From Campylobacterales bacterium (GTDB lineage: Bacteria > Campylobacterota > Campylobacteria > Campylobacterales > Sulfurimonadaceae), in the NCBI GenBank assembly GCA_038205935.1, contig JBBRBK010000005.1:4704-68703 (forward strand): DNA of 64,000 nt. Reading direction: 5' to 3'. Shown here one piece after another: positions 10,512-20,521 of the stretch (position 1 is the first letter of the stretch; each line of letters opens with the position of its first letter). Position numbers and translations under genes: made by a program. The notes under the pieces are model-generated. The model had not been told where the DNA came from. It saw nothing but the letters and a program-made list of their open reading frames with translations, and searched no databases.

Positions 10512-11639
10512 TTGGAAAATCTAAGTTACTACGAAATATTACAGATCGAAAAAAATGCAGATCAGACGATCATCAAAAAAGCCTATAGAAGACTTGCTAA
10601 AGAATACCATCCAGATAAAAATCAGGGTAACGCTGAGGCTGAGACAAAATTCAAATTTATCAATGAAGCTTACCAAACTTTAAGTGACGAACAACAAAGA
10701 GCAGTTTATGATAGATACGGCAAAGAAGGCCTTCAAGGCGGCGGCGGTAGAGGTCGCAGTTCTGGTATGGGCGGTTTTGAAGATCTTGGAAGTATTTTTG
10801 AAGAGATGTTTAACGGTGGCTTTAGTGGCGGTGGGCAAAGACGTTCACGCGCGGATATGGACAAATACCCTCTTGATATGAACGTCGATATGAGTATCAG
10901 CTTTAACGAGGCTGTCTTTGGATGTGAAAAAGAGATCAATTTCAAATATAAATCATCTTGTTCTAGCTGTAAAGGCACAGGTGCAAAAGATGGGAAACTC
11001 TCTACATGTAGTCAGTGTCAAGGCAAAGGTCAGGTCTACGTACGTCAAGGCTTTATGACTTTTTCTCAAACTTGTCCTGTATGTCAAGGAGAGGGCACAA
11101 AGCCATCTGAAAAATGTGGTGATTGTTCTGGTCATGGCTATACAGAAATCAAAGAGAGCGTAAAGATTAATGTTCCAAAAGGGATAGATAACGGAAATCG
11201 TTTAAGAGTCGGCGGACGTGGAAATATGGGTAAAGGTGGCCGCCGTGGTGATCTTTATGTAACATTTAGTGTTAAAGCCGACAAACACTTCCAGCGAAAT
11301 GACAATGATGTTTATATCGAAATCCCTGTATTTTTTACTCAGGCGATCACTGGAAATGAGATCACTATTCCATCTCTCACAGGCGAGTTAAAACTCCAGC
11401 TTGATGTAGGAACTCGTGATAAACAGCATTTTAAATTTAGAAATGAAGGTATTGAAGATGTTCACGGACACGGCAAAGGCGATCTTATTGCCCAAGTCAA
11501 TATTACCTATCCTAAAAAGCTAAACGACAACCAAAAAGAACTTCTCTTAAAACTTCAAGAGTCTTTTGGCATCGAGTCAAAACCGCATGAAGGTGTGTTG
11601 GATTCTGCTATTGAAAAGATGAAAAAGTGGTTTAAGTGA
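10512..11639 (+). CDS. dnaJ: Molecular chaperone DnaJ
   Basis: J-domain YYEILQIEKNADQTIIKKAYRRLAKEYHPDKN, a G/F-rich linker and four CxxCxGxG repeats (CSSCKGTG, CSQCQGKG, CPVCQGEG, CGDCSGHG). The ORF-track start 10389 overlaps the divergent gene. An in-frame TTG at 10512 follows GGAG by 7 nt and gives a DnaJ-length protein. Confidence 0.9.
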   Translation: MENLSYYEILQIEKNADQTIIKKAYRRLAKEYHPDKNQGNAEAETKFKFINEAYQTLSDEQQRAVYDRYGKEGLQGGGGRGRSSGMGGFEDLGSIFEEMFNGGFSGGGQRRSRADMDKYPLDMNVDMSISFNEAVFGCEKEINFKYKSSCSSCKGTGAKDGKLSTCSQCQGKGQVYVRQGFMTFSQTCPVCQGEGTKPSEKCGDCSGHGYTEIKESVKINVPKGIDNGNRLRVGGRGNMGKGGRRGDLYVTFSVKADKHFQRNDNDVYIEIPVFFTQAITGNEITIPSLTGELKLQLDVGTRDKQHFKFRNEGIEDVHGHGKGDLIAQVNITYPKKLNDNQKELLLKLQESFGIESKPHEGVLDSAIEKMKKWFK

Positions 11640-11983
11640 AAGAACATCTCTCGTCCATCATGATGGGAGCTTTTGCTCTTGCTTTGATTTTAAGTCTTTG
11701 GAAAATATATAAATTTATGCCAAATAAACAGCTTGAAGATGATGATAACACCAAAGAATCTGTAGATCAGCTTACATTTATTATGGTCGATACTATCCAA
11801 AAAAAGTCTACTCCTCCAGCACACAAAGAACTCTTTATCTTGATGAAATCTCATCCTAATTTTGATGAAAAACATTTTTGGAGATTTAATGAAAACAGAC
11901 TCCATCAACTCTTGCAAAAATATTACACGAGTCACAATTTAAATTCTATAGAAGAGATACATCAAAAGAAAATACAAAAGTAA
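11636..11983 (+). CDS. Hypothetical small membrane-anchored protein
   Basis: 115-aa ORF overlapping the dnaJ stop, with one N-terminal hydrophobic segment. Confidence 0.45.
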   Translation: MKEHLSSIMMGAFALALILSLWKIYKFMPNKQLEDDDNTKESVDQLTFIMVDTIQKKSTPPAHKELFILMKSHPNFDEKHFWRFNENRLHQLLQKYYTSHNLNSIEEIHQKKIQK

Positions 11984-12001
11984 AATAGAGTCTCTTTTGT
12001 A

Positions 12002-12700
12002 TTATTTTTTCTCCGATATACTCATCTCATATATCCATTTTTGTAACTCTGCCATTGCTTCATAGTCTTTGTATAGCGTCTCTATCAACTTCTCGCCCTC
12101 TTCTATCAGGTGAGAATCGTATTTTTTATAAGCGGCCATCTCTTTATATAAAGAAAGCTCCACATGTGACATCTCTTTTGTAAAGCCTTTGGGATATCTT
12201 TTCATAGAGGGTTCTAAGGTCTTATAACCTTTATTGTCCAGTTCTTTTAATATAGAGGCTAACGCTTCTCTATGAGCGTCATCTTTGATATATGCACGAT
12301 AAATATCAAGTATCTCTTTTTCAAACCATCTTATACCCACTGATACAAAAAGTTCATCGATGCCATAGTGCATATAAAAGCTGCTGCTTTGAAGACGTTT
12401 GCCTTTGCCTTGCCAGAAGATATAGCCGACACGTGTTTTGATAGGATCGCTTAGAGCAGTTTTATTTCTCCGTATATCTTTATATATGCGAAACAAGGAA
12501 GCGTTTATTTTTGGGATTGCGTTGATGGAAGGTTCTATGGCCATGAGGTGTTCACCCATCTCTACGACAAAGTCGCGAGATGGGTTTAATATAAGATTTT
12601 CGTAGCGTGATTTTTGAGTTAAAAACCACTCTTTATTATTGTTGTCACGGATCTCTTTTAAAAAAGGAATGATCTCCTTTGAAAATCCGTTAAAGATCAT
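12002..12700 (-). CDS. DUF2461 (TIGR02453) family protein
   Basis: N-terminal FLKEIRDNNNKEWFLTQKSRYE resembles the family signature as I recall it. Confidence 0.55.
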   Translation of the reverse strand: MIFNGFSKEIIPFLKEIRDNNNKEWFLTQKSRYENLILNPSRDFVVEMGEHLMAIEPSINAIPKINASLFRIYKDIRRNKTALSDPIKTRVGYIFWQGKGKRLQSSSFYMHYGIDELFVSVGIRWFEKEILDIYRAYIKDDAHREALASILKELDNKGYKTLEPSMKRYPKGFTKEMSHVELSLYKEMAAYKKYDSHLIEEGEKLIETLYKDYEAMAELQKWIYEMSISEKK

Positions 12701-12705
12701 TATAC

Positions 12706-15700
12706 TTACTTTTCAGTCACTTTTCTATTTCTAAAAGCAATGACAATAAGTGCAAATACTATGAAGTATGTTATAGGCACAAAATCAGGGATAGGCACTG
12801 GATCACCTTTTGCATATGAGTGCATACCTGCAAGATAGTAATTTACTCCAAAATAGGTCATTAAAACTGAAGTAAATGCAAGCAATGAAATAACACTGTA
12901 ACTAAATGGCGTATAAAGTGCTTTTATAAATCTAATGTGTACAACAACTGCGTACACTAAAATCGTCACAAGAGCCCAAGTCTCTTTTGGATCCCAGCCC
13001 CAGTAACGTCCCCAGCTCTCATTTGCCCAAACTCCACCAAGGAAATTTCCAACAGTCAGCATCGCAAGACCGATAAGTAAGCTCATCTCATTGATGGCAT
13101 TGAGTTCTAAAATTGAGCTGTTAATACGCGCTTCATTTTTAGAGTTTCTAAGTGCAAAAAGAAGTATTGTAATAAATCCAAGCAGTGCTCCAAGACCAAG
13201 GAAACCATAACTCGCCGTAATCATAGAAACGTGGATGTCAAGCCAGTATGATTGTAAAACAGGTACAAGGTTTGTGACCTTTGGATCCATCCAGCTTAAA
13301 TGCGCTACAAAAAGGATCAAACCGGCTAAGATAGATGTCGAAGCCAAAGTAATCGGTGAATGTTTTGAGAAGATAAATCCTGCCAAAACTGTCGCCCAAG
13401 CGATATAAACCATAGATTCAAAACCATTTGACCATGGTGCGTGACCGGAGATGTACCATCTCACCGCAAGACCCAAAGTATGAGCAATAAAAAATGCTAT
13501 CAATAAAAACATTGCTGATTTGCTCATTATACTAAGGTTGAATGATGGTTTGAGTATTTTCACAAAAGAGAAACTCAAAAGTACAAAACCAATCAAGAAA
13601 TAAAGTGGCCACAATATTTCAAAAATATTTGAATGATTATAAAGTATTTCTAAACGGATTTTAGTTTTATCTGGATAAACAGCCGCTCCATAAAATTTTT
13701 GAAAGCTTTTAACTCCATCAAGTGCAGTATTTGCTTTTGCCCAGTTTCCTGTTTTGATGGCATCATCAATACTTGAAAAGTAAATAACTGCTGCGTCTTT
13801 TACTTTGCCTGCAGACTCTTGATCAAAAGTTTGAAGCGCTTCTATCGTATCAACCCACTTTTGATTGACATCATTTGGTTTTGGCCAAATTTTAATAATT
13901 GAGCCAGTATAGACCATGAAAGCGACATTTACACGCTCATCCACTGACAAGACTGCTTTATCAAATTGATTTCTGTCTTTTGGTGCTTTACGTGAAGACT
14001 CTTCTGCATACTGTGCAAGTTTATAACCTTCCATATTTGCCGGAGACTGGAAAAACTCTGAAAATGAAGCATATTTTGCATCTTCAGGAAGTCCAATAAA
14101 TTTGTTGATCTCTTTATTTGAAGTACGGATCATTTTGATCTCACGCCATGCATCAGGGCGTATCATCATCCCAAGAACGATCTGGTTTGCATCAAGACCT
14201 AAAATAGAATTACTTCTACTAATCTTATTTACAATCTCTGTTGAGAGCGTATCAAGAGGTTTCATTCTTCCATCGCTATCTTGAACGATAAGTTCGCCAA
14301 AAAGTGCTGCATGTGCTTTATCAAAAGATTTTACAGTTTTGATCAGAGGATTGACTTCATCTGCATAAGAGGAAGTATATGAAAAAGCAAAAGCAAGCGC
14401 TAAAAATGCCGCAACTGCTCTACTTGATGCAAGTTTTTTTGCTTTGTTGGAGAGCTTTGCAAATCTACCATTTGGCATCAAAAGTGAGCCAAAAAGTCCA
14501 ACAGCAAGCATTAAGTAACCAATATATGTAACCGTTGTCCCTGGATCATTGTTCACAGAAAGTACTGTTCCTTTTTCATCTTGGTCATAAGAAGATTGGA
14601 AAAATCTATATCCTCTATGATCTAAGATATGATTCATATAGATTTTAAAAGGTTCATTCATATTTTGTTCCTTATCTATCAAAGTAACCTCACTTGCATA
14701 AGAAGAAGGTGACATAGAACCTGGATAACGTGAAAGTTCAAAATGATTTAACTTCAATGCAAATGGAAGAGTAAGAATCTTTGGACCATAATTTACAGAA
14801 ACATTAACACCATCGACCATCACAGTCTGGTCATCGCCAAGCTCATTCTTTTTACCATAAACAAGTACTGTTTTAGACTCTTTAGCATCACTTATTTCAA
14901 AGCGAAGGGCATCAGTACCGCCACCCTTTTTACCTTTTACATTTGGATCACTCACAACCTCTTTACTTGCTAATGGATAAAACTCACGTAAAACGAAGTT
15001 TGTTGCATTGTAAGTATTGAGAGTGCGTGTTGCAAACTCTTCTTTTGTGCTCGCTTGTGAAACACCACTGCTTTTGTCATCCATCTTCAAGTATTTTAAA
15101 TCCATCGGATGATTTATCATCAGTTTGCCATTTTCGACGAAAAGTTTGACAACTGGTTTGTCAAATTTTTTCCCTGAATCAAAATCAAGAACAAGATCAC
15201 CAGCTTCAAAGAAATCACCTTTTGACAACTGAACACTTTGACCTTGACCATCTAATGTCACCATCATATTTGCTATTGGTGTGCCATTTTTATCTTCAAC
15301 AAGTTTTACAATAGCATCTGGAATGTACTCCACAAGCTTTACATGTAGAGTCTTTCCGCCCGCTTGAATCTCTTTGTCAAAACTGTTATGTGTTCTTTTT
15401 GAAAGATAGAGCATCGTAGAATCTTCTACACTTCCTGCTTTAATGTTAACATAAGGCTCCGCACTTTGCATCATCGAAGATGTTTGTCCTTCGCGAATAT
15501 GCATCATACCCTCAAATCCAGAGTAGCGAGTAACTGCGGCTCCTATGAGAATAACAAAGAATGAAACGTGAAATGTAAGAACAAGAATTCTCTCTTTTCT
15601 GTACATCTTAAAATTAATGATGTTCATAAAGAGGTTCAGAGCAAGAAGTCCTAAAAGTACCTCGAACCACCTAGTGTTATAGATATCGGCTTTTGCCGTC

Positions 15701-15813
15701 ATCGTACCGAAATCATTTTCTATGATAGTTGCATATCCTATAGAAAACGCAAAAATGAGCATTAAAACGGCCATCGTTTTCATAGAACTCATAAATGATA
15801 ATATTTTTTTCAT
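12706..15813 (-). CDS. ccsBA: Fused system II cytochrome c biogenesis protein CcsBA (ResB-like + CcsA)
   Basis: 1035 aa. N-terminal ResB-like region with a large periplasmic domain. C-terminal CcsA with the WWD motif WGRYWGWDPKETWALV. This fusion is typical of epsilonproteobacteria. Confidence 0.85.
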   Translation of the reverse strand: MKKILSFMSSMKTMAVLMLIFAFSIGYATIIENDFGTMTAKADIYNTRWFEVLLGLLALNLFMNIINFKMYRKERILVLTFHVSFFVILIGAAVTRYSGFEGMMHIREGQTSSMMQSAEPYVNIKAGSVEDSTMLYLSKRTHNSFDKEIQAGGKTLHVKLVEYIPDAIVKLVEDKNGTPIANMMVTLDGQGQSVQLSKGDFFEAGDLVLDFDSGKKFDKPVVKLFVENGKLMINHPMDLKYLKMDDKSSGVSQASTKEEFATRTLNTYNATNFVLREFYPLASKEVVSDPNVKGKKGGGTDALRFEISDAKESKTVLVYGKKNELGDDQTVMVDGVNVSVNYGPKILTLPFALKLNHFELSRYPGSMSPSSYASEVTLIDKEQNMNEPFKIYMNHILDHRGYRFFQSSYDQDEKGTVLSVNNDPGTTVTYIGYLMLAVGLFGSLLMPNGRFAKLSNKAKKLASSRAVAAFLALAFAFSYTSSYADEVNPLIKTVKSFDKAHAALFGELIVQDSDGRMKPLDTLSTEIVNKISRSNSILGLDANQIVLGMMIRPDAWREIKMIRTSNKEINKFIGLPEDAKYASFSEFFQSPANMEGYKLAQYAEESSRKAPKDRNQFDKAVLSVDERVNVAFMVYTGSIIKIWPKPNDVNQKWVDTIEALQTFDQESAGKVKDAAVIYFSSIDDAIKTGNWAKANTALDGVKSFQKFYGAAVYPDKTKIRLEILYNHSNIFEILWPLYFLIGFVLLSFSFVKILKPSFNLSIMSKSAMFLLIAFFIAHTLGLAVRWYISGHAPWSNGFESMVYIAWATVLAGFIFSKHSPITLASTSILAGLILFVAHLSWMDPKVTNLVPVLQSYWLDIHVSMITASYGFLGLGALLGFITILLFALRNSKNEARINSSILELNAINEMSLLIGLAMLTVGNFLGGVWANESWGRYWGWDPKETWALVTILVYAVVVHIRFIKALYTPFSYSVISLLAFTSVLMTYFGVNYYLAGMHSYAKGDPVPIPDFVPITYFIVFALIVIAFRNRKVTEK

Positions 15814-15935
15814 TCTGACACCTTTCGTATTTAGCCTCGCATTGTAATGAAACTATGGTAAATATAGATATAAAAGAGAACTAGCCGTGATTTTATTAAG
15901 CTTCTTTAAATTTAAAAATCTTATATATATAAAAG

Positions 15936-18659
15936 CTACTTCAGCTCGCCCCAGTTATCTCCGATGTTTAGAGATGCACGTAACGGAATTTTGAGCTCAT
16001 AAATAGTTTCCATAATCTTCTGAAATCTCTTACCAAGCTCCTCGGCTACATCAACATCGACTTCAAATATCAATTCATCATGAATCTGAAGCAACATTTT
16101 CGCTCTTAAGTTTTCCTCTCTTATAATCGTATCTATCTTGTTCATAGAAAGCTTTATAAGATCCGCCGCACTTCCTTGGAACTTCGTATTGACACTTTCT
16201 CTCTCATAAGCGGCGCGAAGCATCGGAGTGGCTTTTGCGTAATCAAAATAGCGTCTTCTACGAAGCAAAGTCTCAACATAGCCCTTCTCTTTTGAGTCTT
16301 CAACAATGCTAGAAAAATAATTTTTTACACTGGAAAAGTTCTCAAAATAAGTCGTAATGATCTCTTTTGCTTCTTTGCCGCTAATATCAAGCGTATCGGA
16401 GAGTTTTTTTTGTCCCATTCCGTATAAAAGTCCGAAGTTTACGGTCTTTGCGATGTTTCTTTTTGCCGCGGCTTCTTCGCCGAAAAGCACTTTTGCGGTT
16501 GCTAGGTGGATATCTTGATCTTCTTGGAACGCTTTTACCAAAACCGGATCTTCACTAAAATGTGCAAGAAGTCTCAGCTCAATTTGTGAATAATCAATGC
16601 CGATAAGTTTTTTCCCTTTTGGTGCTGTAAAAGCTTGACGGATTTTTACACCAAGATCACTTCGCGCGGGGATATTTTGCAAGTTTGGATTTTTTGAACT
16701 CAGACGTCCAGTTGCCGTTCCCGTATGGATAAATGAAGTATGAACACGACTGTCTTCACTCTCACGAGAAAGTTTTAAAAGTGGTTCTATATACGTTGAG
16801 TAAAGCTTGTGAACTTCGCGGTATTCTAAAATGTATTTGATCACTTCGTGCTTCTCTATAAGTGAACTAAGCACAGCTTCATCTGTAGAATAGCCAGTTT
16901 TTGTCTTCTTTCCTGCGGGTAATCCAAGCGTCTCAAAGAGCACTGTTCCAAGTTGTGCAGGAGAGTTGAGATTAAACTCGCATCCACTGAGCGTATAGAC
17001 TTCATGCGTGAGTTCAGCGAGTCGTATTTTCACCTCATCCAAAAACTTTTCTAAAAACGCACCCTCCACTTTTATCCCCTTTTGCTCCATTCTCAGCAGT
17101 GTTGTGACAAAAGGAAACTCTACACGGGTGGCTTCATCCAAAAGATATTCTGTATCATTGAGTTTGAATTTTTGAACTAAAAGATTATAGAGTCTGAGCG
17201 TTATCAGAGCATCTTCTGCGGCATATTGACACGCATCTTCAATCTCAACTGAAGCAAAAGTTTCCCCTTTTTTGACAGTATCTTTAAAAGAGATCATCGT
17301 GTGGTTTAACATATTTGATGAAAGATAATCGAGAGAGAGTTTGCCCTCGGGATTTAAAAGCCAAGCAAGAATCATAGAATCTGCAAAAATTTCCAAATCT
17401 TGATCTAAAAACTTCGTTACAAAGTGAAGATCGAACTTTAAATTATGCCCAACAACCTTACATGTAAAGATTTTTCTCATTGCATCTTTGGCACTTTGTT
17501 GATCTATCTGCTCTGGCGCACCGAGATAATTATGTGCTAGGGGAACATAATAAGCCTCGTTTTCATTGACACAAAAACTAAAGCCCACAAGCGTATCATT
17601 ATAATAGTCAAGCCCCGTAGTTTCCGTGTCAAAGGCTACAATATCCTTACATGTAAGGCTCGATAAAACTTTTTCAAGCTCGGCTTTATCTGTTAGAAGT
17701 GTTGTTTTAAAATCTTCAAGTTTTGGCTCTTTGATAGTCTCAAAAACTACTTCAACGCCCTGTTTTAGAGTTGGAGTTTTGTTCTCTTGGACTATCCCTT
17801 TTGCGTGGAGTGTTCGAAGGATTGCATTCATCTCATAGTATACAAGTTCATCATAAATCGGCACAAAAGGGTTCTCAAAATGCATCGTATACTCTTCAAA
17901 ATCCAGCTCTTCAAATACGTCATTTTTAAGCGTAACGAGTTCTTTGGACATATAAGCATTTGGTTTATTTTCTACTAGTTTTTTCTGTACTCCAGCGGGC
18001 ATTACACTCTCTATGTTTTCATAGATTCCATCCAGACTTTTGTAAGACTCGATGAGTTTTTGCGCCGTAACTTTTCCTATACCTCTGACTCCAGGAACAT
18101 TATCGGCGCTGTCGCCCAAAAGTGACTGAAAATCTATAAACTGTTTAGGCGTAACGCCATACTTTTGCATACACTCATCTTCATTGATTGTTTTTCTTTT
18201 GATGGCATCGACGAGTACGACTTTATCATCATCTATGAGTTGATAGAGATCTTTATCATGCGAGACAACTTTGACGTTATAGCCCTTTTGCATTGAGAGT
18301 TTCGTAACTGTAGCGATCATATCATCAGCTTCAAAACCCGTCATTCCAAGGGTTTTAAATCCCATCTTTTCTATCCATTCTATGGCGATTGGAAGTTGAA
18401 GCGTAAGTTCATGCGGAGGCGCACTTCGGTTTGCTTTGTAGTTTGGATCTATCTCATTTCTAAAAGTATTACCCTTAGAATCTATGGCAAAAACAAGATA
18501 ATCACAACTATGCTCTTTTTGAAGTGAAGAGATGAAATTTGTAAAACCGGTCAAAAGCCCTGTAGGAAAACCATCTTTGTTGCTAAGATGCTGAGGAAGT
18601 GCGTAAAAACTTCTAAAAAAGAATCCGAAAGTATCGATAATTGTTACAGTTTTTGCCAT
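15936..18659 (-). CDS. polA: DNA polymerase I
   Basis: 5'-3' exonuclease, 3'-5' exonuclease (FDTETTGL) and polymerase motifs (DYSQIELR, KTVNFGLLYGM, QIHDELIFE). The ATG at 18659 (MAKTVTIID...) is preferred over the upstream TTG at 18698. Confidence 0.95.
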   Translation of the reverse strand: MAKTVTIIDTFGFFFRSFYALPQHLSNKDGFPTGLLTGFTNFISSLQKEHSCDYLVFAIDSKGNTFRNEIDPNYKANRSAPPHELTLQLPIAIEWIEKMGFKTLGMTGFEADDMIATVTKLSMQKGYNVKVVSHDKDLYQLIDDDKVVLVDAIKRKTINEDECMQKYGVTPKQFIDFQSLLGDSADNVPGVRGIGKVTAQKLIESYKSLDGIYENIESVMPAGVQKKLVENKPNAYMSKELVTLKNDVFEELDFEEYTMHFENPFVPIYDELVYYEMNAILRTLHAKGIVQENKTPTLKQGVEVVFETIKEPKLEDFKTTLLTDKAELEKVLSSLTCKDIVAFDTETTGLDYYNDTLVGFSFCVNENEAYYVPLAHNYLGAPEQIDQQSAKDAMRKIFTCKVVGHNLKFDLHFVTKFLDQDLEIFADSMILAWLLNPEGKLSLDYLSSNMLNHTMISFKDTVKKGETFASVEIEDACQYAAEDALITLRLYNLLVQKFKLNDTEYLLDEATRVEFPFVTTLLRMEQKGIKVEGAFLEKFLDEVKIRLAELTHEVYTLSGCEFNLNSPAQLGTVLFETLGLPAGKKTKTGYSTDEAVLSSLIEKHEVIKYILEYREVHKLYSTYIEPLLKLSRESEDSRVHTSFIHTGTATGRLSSKNPNLQNIPARSDLGVKIRQAFTAPKGKKLIGIDYSQIELRLLAHFSEDPVLVKAFQEDQDIHLATAKVLFGEEAAAKRNIAKTVNFGLLYGMGQKKLSDTLDISGKEAKEIITTYFENFSSVKNYFSSIVEDSKEKGYVETLLRRRRYFDYAKATPMLRAAYERESVNTKFQGSAADLIKLSMNKIDTIIREENLRAKMLLQIHDELIFEVDVDVAEELGKRFQKIMETIYELKIPLRASLNIGDNWGELK
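17645..17658. repeat. 14-bp palindrome CCTTACATGTAAGG inside polA
   Basis: Read directly. Encodes SLTCKD on the minus strand. Confidence 0.9.
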
Positions 18660-18806
18660 GAAAATCTCTTTGTATAGTTTTTGTGTAAGTATATCCAATC
18701 ATAATTTATCTACTTCTTTATCCTCATACTAGAAAAAAGAACATTTTAAGTGAAAAAAAATTATAATCCAATTCTAAAAAGATTTAAAGCAAGAGGAATT
18801 TAACTA

Positions 18807-19463
18807 ATGTACTGTTTATCAAAGAAAAAAGCTAATGTACTTTTCACTATGACTGCTTTTTTATTTGCATCTCTTTCTTTGTTTGTTAAGATGGATTTTT
18901 TTTACAACTTCGATAATCAAATGTATCTCTTTTTTCAGGCAAAAAAAGATTCTTTTTTATACCAATTTTCTCAAATTTTTACTATTTTTTCAGGTACGAC
19001 TTTTAGTATTCTTCTCTTTCTTATTCTCATTGTTCTATTTATTAAGCGTAAACTTTATCAGGAAGCTTTTTTTTCTTTGATTATTTTCTTTATTGCTGGG
19101 ACAAGTGGTCTTATTTTTAAATATTCTCTCCTTGTTGAAAGACCTCACTCATATATTTCTGGATTGACAGGCTACTCGTATCCTTCAGGTCACGTCATAT
19201 TAGCCACAACTTTTGTTTTTATATTTTATGTAGCTATAATAAATCTAATTCAAAATACCACTCTCAAAAAAATAATCTTATTACTACTGACTCTCTATTT
19301 ATTCTCGACATTGGCTGCTCGAGTTATATTAGGAGCACATTGGTTCTCTGACGCTATAGGAGGATTGTTAGCAGGCTTATTATCATTCTCCATTAGTTGT
19401 ATACTTTATAAACGTTTTGAAAATATTCCTTTATCATATTTTCAGTATATAAAAAAAATCTGA
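18807..19463 (+). CDS. PAP2 family lipid phosphatase (possible undecaprenyl-diphosphate/phosphatidate phosphatase)
   Basis: KYSLLVERP, YPSGHV and ARVILGAHWFSDAIGG match the KxxxxxxRP / PSGH / SRxxxxxHxxxD PAP2 signature. Confidence 0.8.
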   Translation: MYCLSKKKANVLFTMTAFLFASLSLFVKMDFFYNFDNQMYLFFQAKKDSFLYQFSQIFTIFSGTTFSILLFLILIVLFIKRKLYQEAFFSLIIFFIAGTSGLIFKYSLLVERPHSYISGLTGYSYPSGHVILATTFVFIFYVAIINLIQNTTLKKIILLLLTLYLFSTLAARVILGAHWFSDAIGGLLAGLLSFSISCILYKRFENIPLSYFQYIKKI

Positions 19464-19485
19464 AATAAGAATTTTTTATCTGCTA

Positions 19486-19494
19486 TGATATAAT
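19486..19494 (+). promoter_or_regulatory. Extended -10 element TGATATAAT upstream of the HlyD-like gene
   Basis: The TGnTATAAT consensus match lies 22 nt before the ATG at 19517, with AGGAG in between. Confidence 0.35.
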
Positions 19495-19516
19495 TACACA
19501 AATTTAGGAGAGTCCT

Positions 19517-20521
19517 ATGCAAGCCATCTGGTACAGTAAATCCATATTTTTTTTAATGCTAGTGAGTGTTCTTTTTAACGGTTGTGCAAAAACACAAGAG
19601 GAAAAAGAGCTCAAAACTGATGGAGATAAAGTCAGTATCAACCTTGAAGCCACTGTTTTTCCATCTCAAGAACAACAAGTCATAGCTTCCGCAGGTGGAT
19701 ATGTTAAAAAAGTTTATGTAAGAAATGGTGATAGAGTCAAAAGTGGGGACATCCTCTACGCACTTGATAAAGAGTCTCTACGCTATGATCTTCAAGGTGC
19801 AAGATCTGAGCTTACTTCTTTAGAAGGAATGCGTTCAGCAGCTTGGAATGCCTATCATTCCAAAGCAAATATCTCCGCTGTTAATCTTGCAGCATCTGAA
19901 TTACAAGATGTATCTCAACTAAAATCACAAGGATATACTAACAGCTTCGATGAAAATAATTACAAAAAAAATTATATCAATGCTATTACTACTCAAAAGA
20001 ATGATCAGATAAACAACTATGAGAAAGTCAAAAATCTTGATGCAACCATTGCCACTAGAAGATCCAATATAAAAAAGATGCAGTATGAGCTAGACCACTC
20101 AAGTGGGACTGCAGAGGTTGGTGGATTTGTTGCTGGTCTCAATATCACAGCAGGACAATCGATCAACACTGATGCAAAAATATGTTCTATCGTAGATATT
20201 GATCATGTCATAGTTCGCGGTGGCTTTGCAACAGGACTTTTACCGTTTATTCATCCAAAACAAAGAGTCGAAATCAGCTTTGTCACAACTCCTCCATATA
20301 GGACAGTAGCTTATGTCACTCAGGTAAATCCTATAGTAGATCCAAAGTTTGATAATATGACTCTTGATATAGAAGTTCCAAATAACAACTATATTTTGCA
20401 AGCAAATACTAGAGCACTAGTTAAAATCGACCTTCCAAAAGAGGGACAAAAAACAGTCAAAGAGTATTTTATGAATAAAAATGACAAAAGTGGTATTTAT
20501 CAAGTGAAGTCCACTAACTAA
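19517..20521 (+). CDS. HlyD/MFP-like periplasmic adaptor lipoprotein (orphan)
   Basis: Lipobox LFNGC. Lipoyl-like hairpin GGYVKKVYVRNGDRVKSGDILYALD. Coiled-coil middle and beta-barrel-like C-terminus. No cognate inner-membrane pump is adjacent. Confidence 0.55.
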   Translation: MQAIWYSKSIFFLMLVSVLFNGCAKTQEEKELKTDGDKVSINLEATVFPSQEQQVIASAGGYVKKVYVRNGDRVKSGDILYALDKESLRYDLQGARSELTSLEGMRSAAWNAYHSKANISAVNLAASELQDVSQLKSQGYTNSFDENNYKKNYINAITTQKNDQINNYEKVKNLDATIATRRSNIKKMQYELDHSSGTAEVGGFVAGLNITAGQSINTDAKICSIVDIDHVIVRGGFATGLLPFIHPKQRVEISFVTTPPYRTVAYVTQVNPIVDPKFDNMTLDIEVPNNNYILQANTRALVKIDLPKEGQKTVKEYFMNKNDKSGIYQVKSTN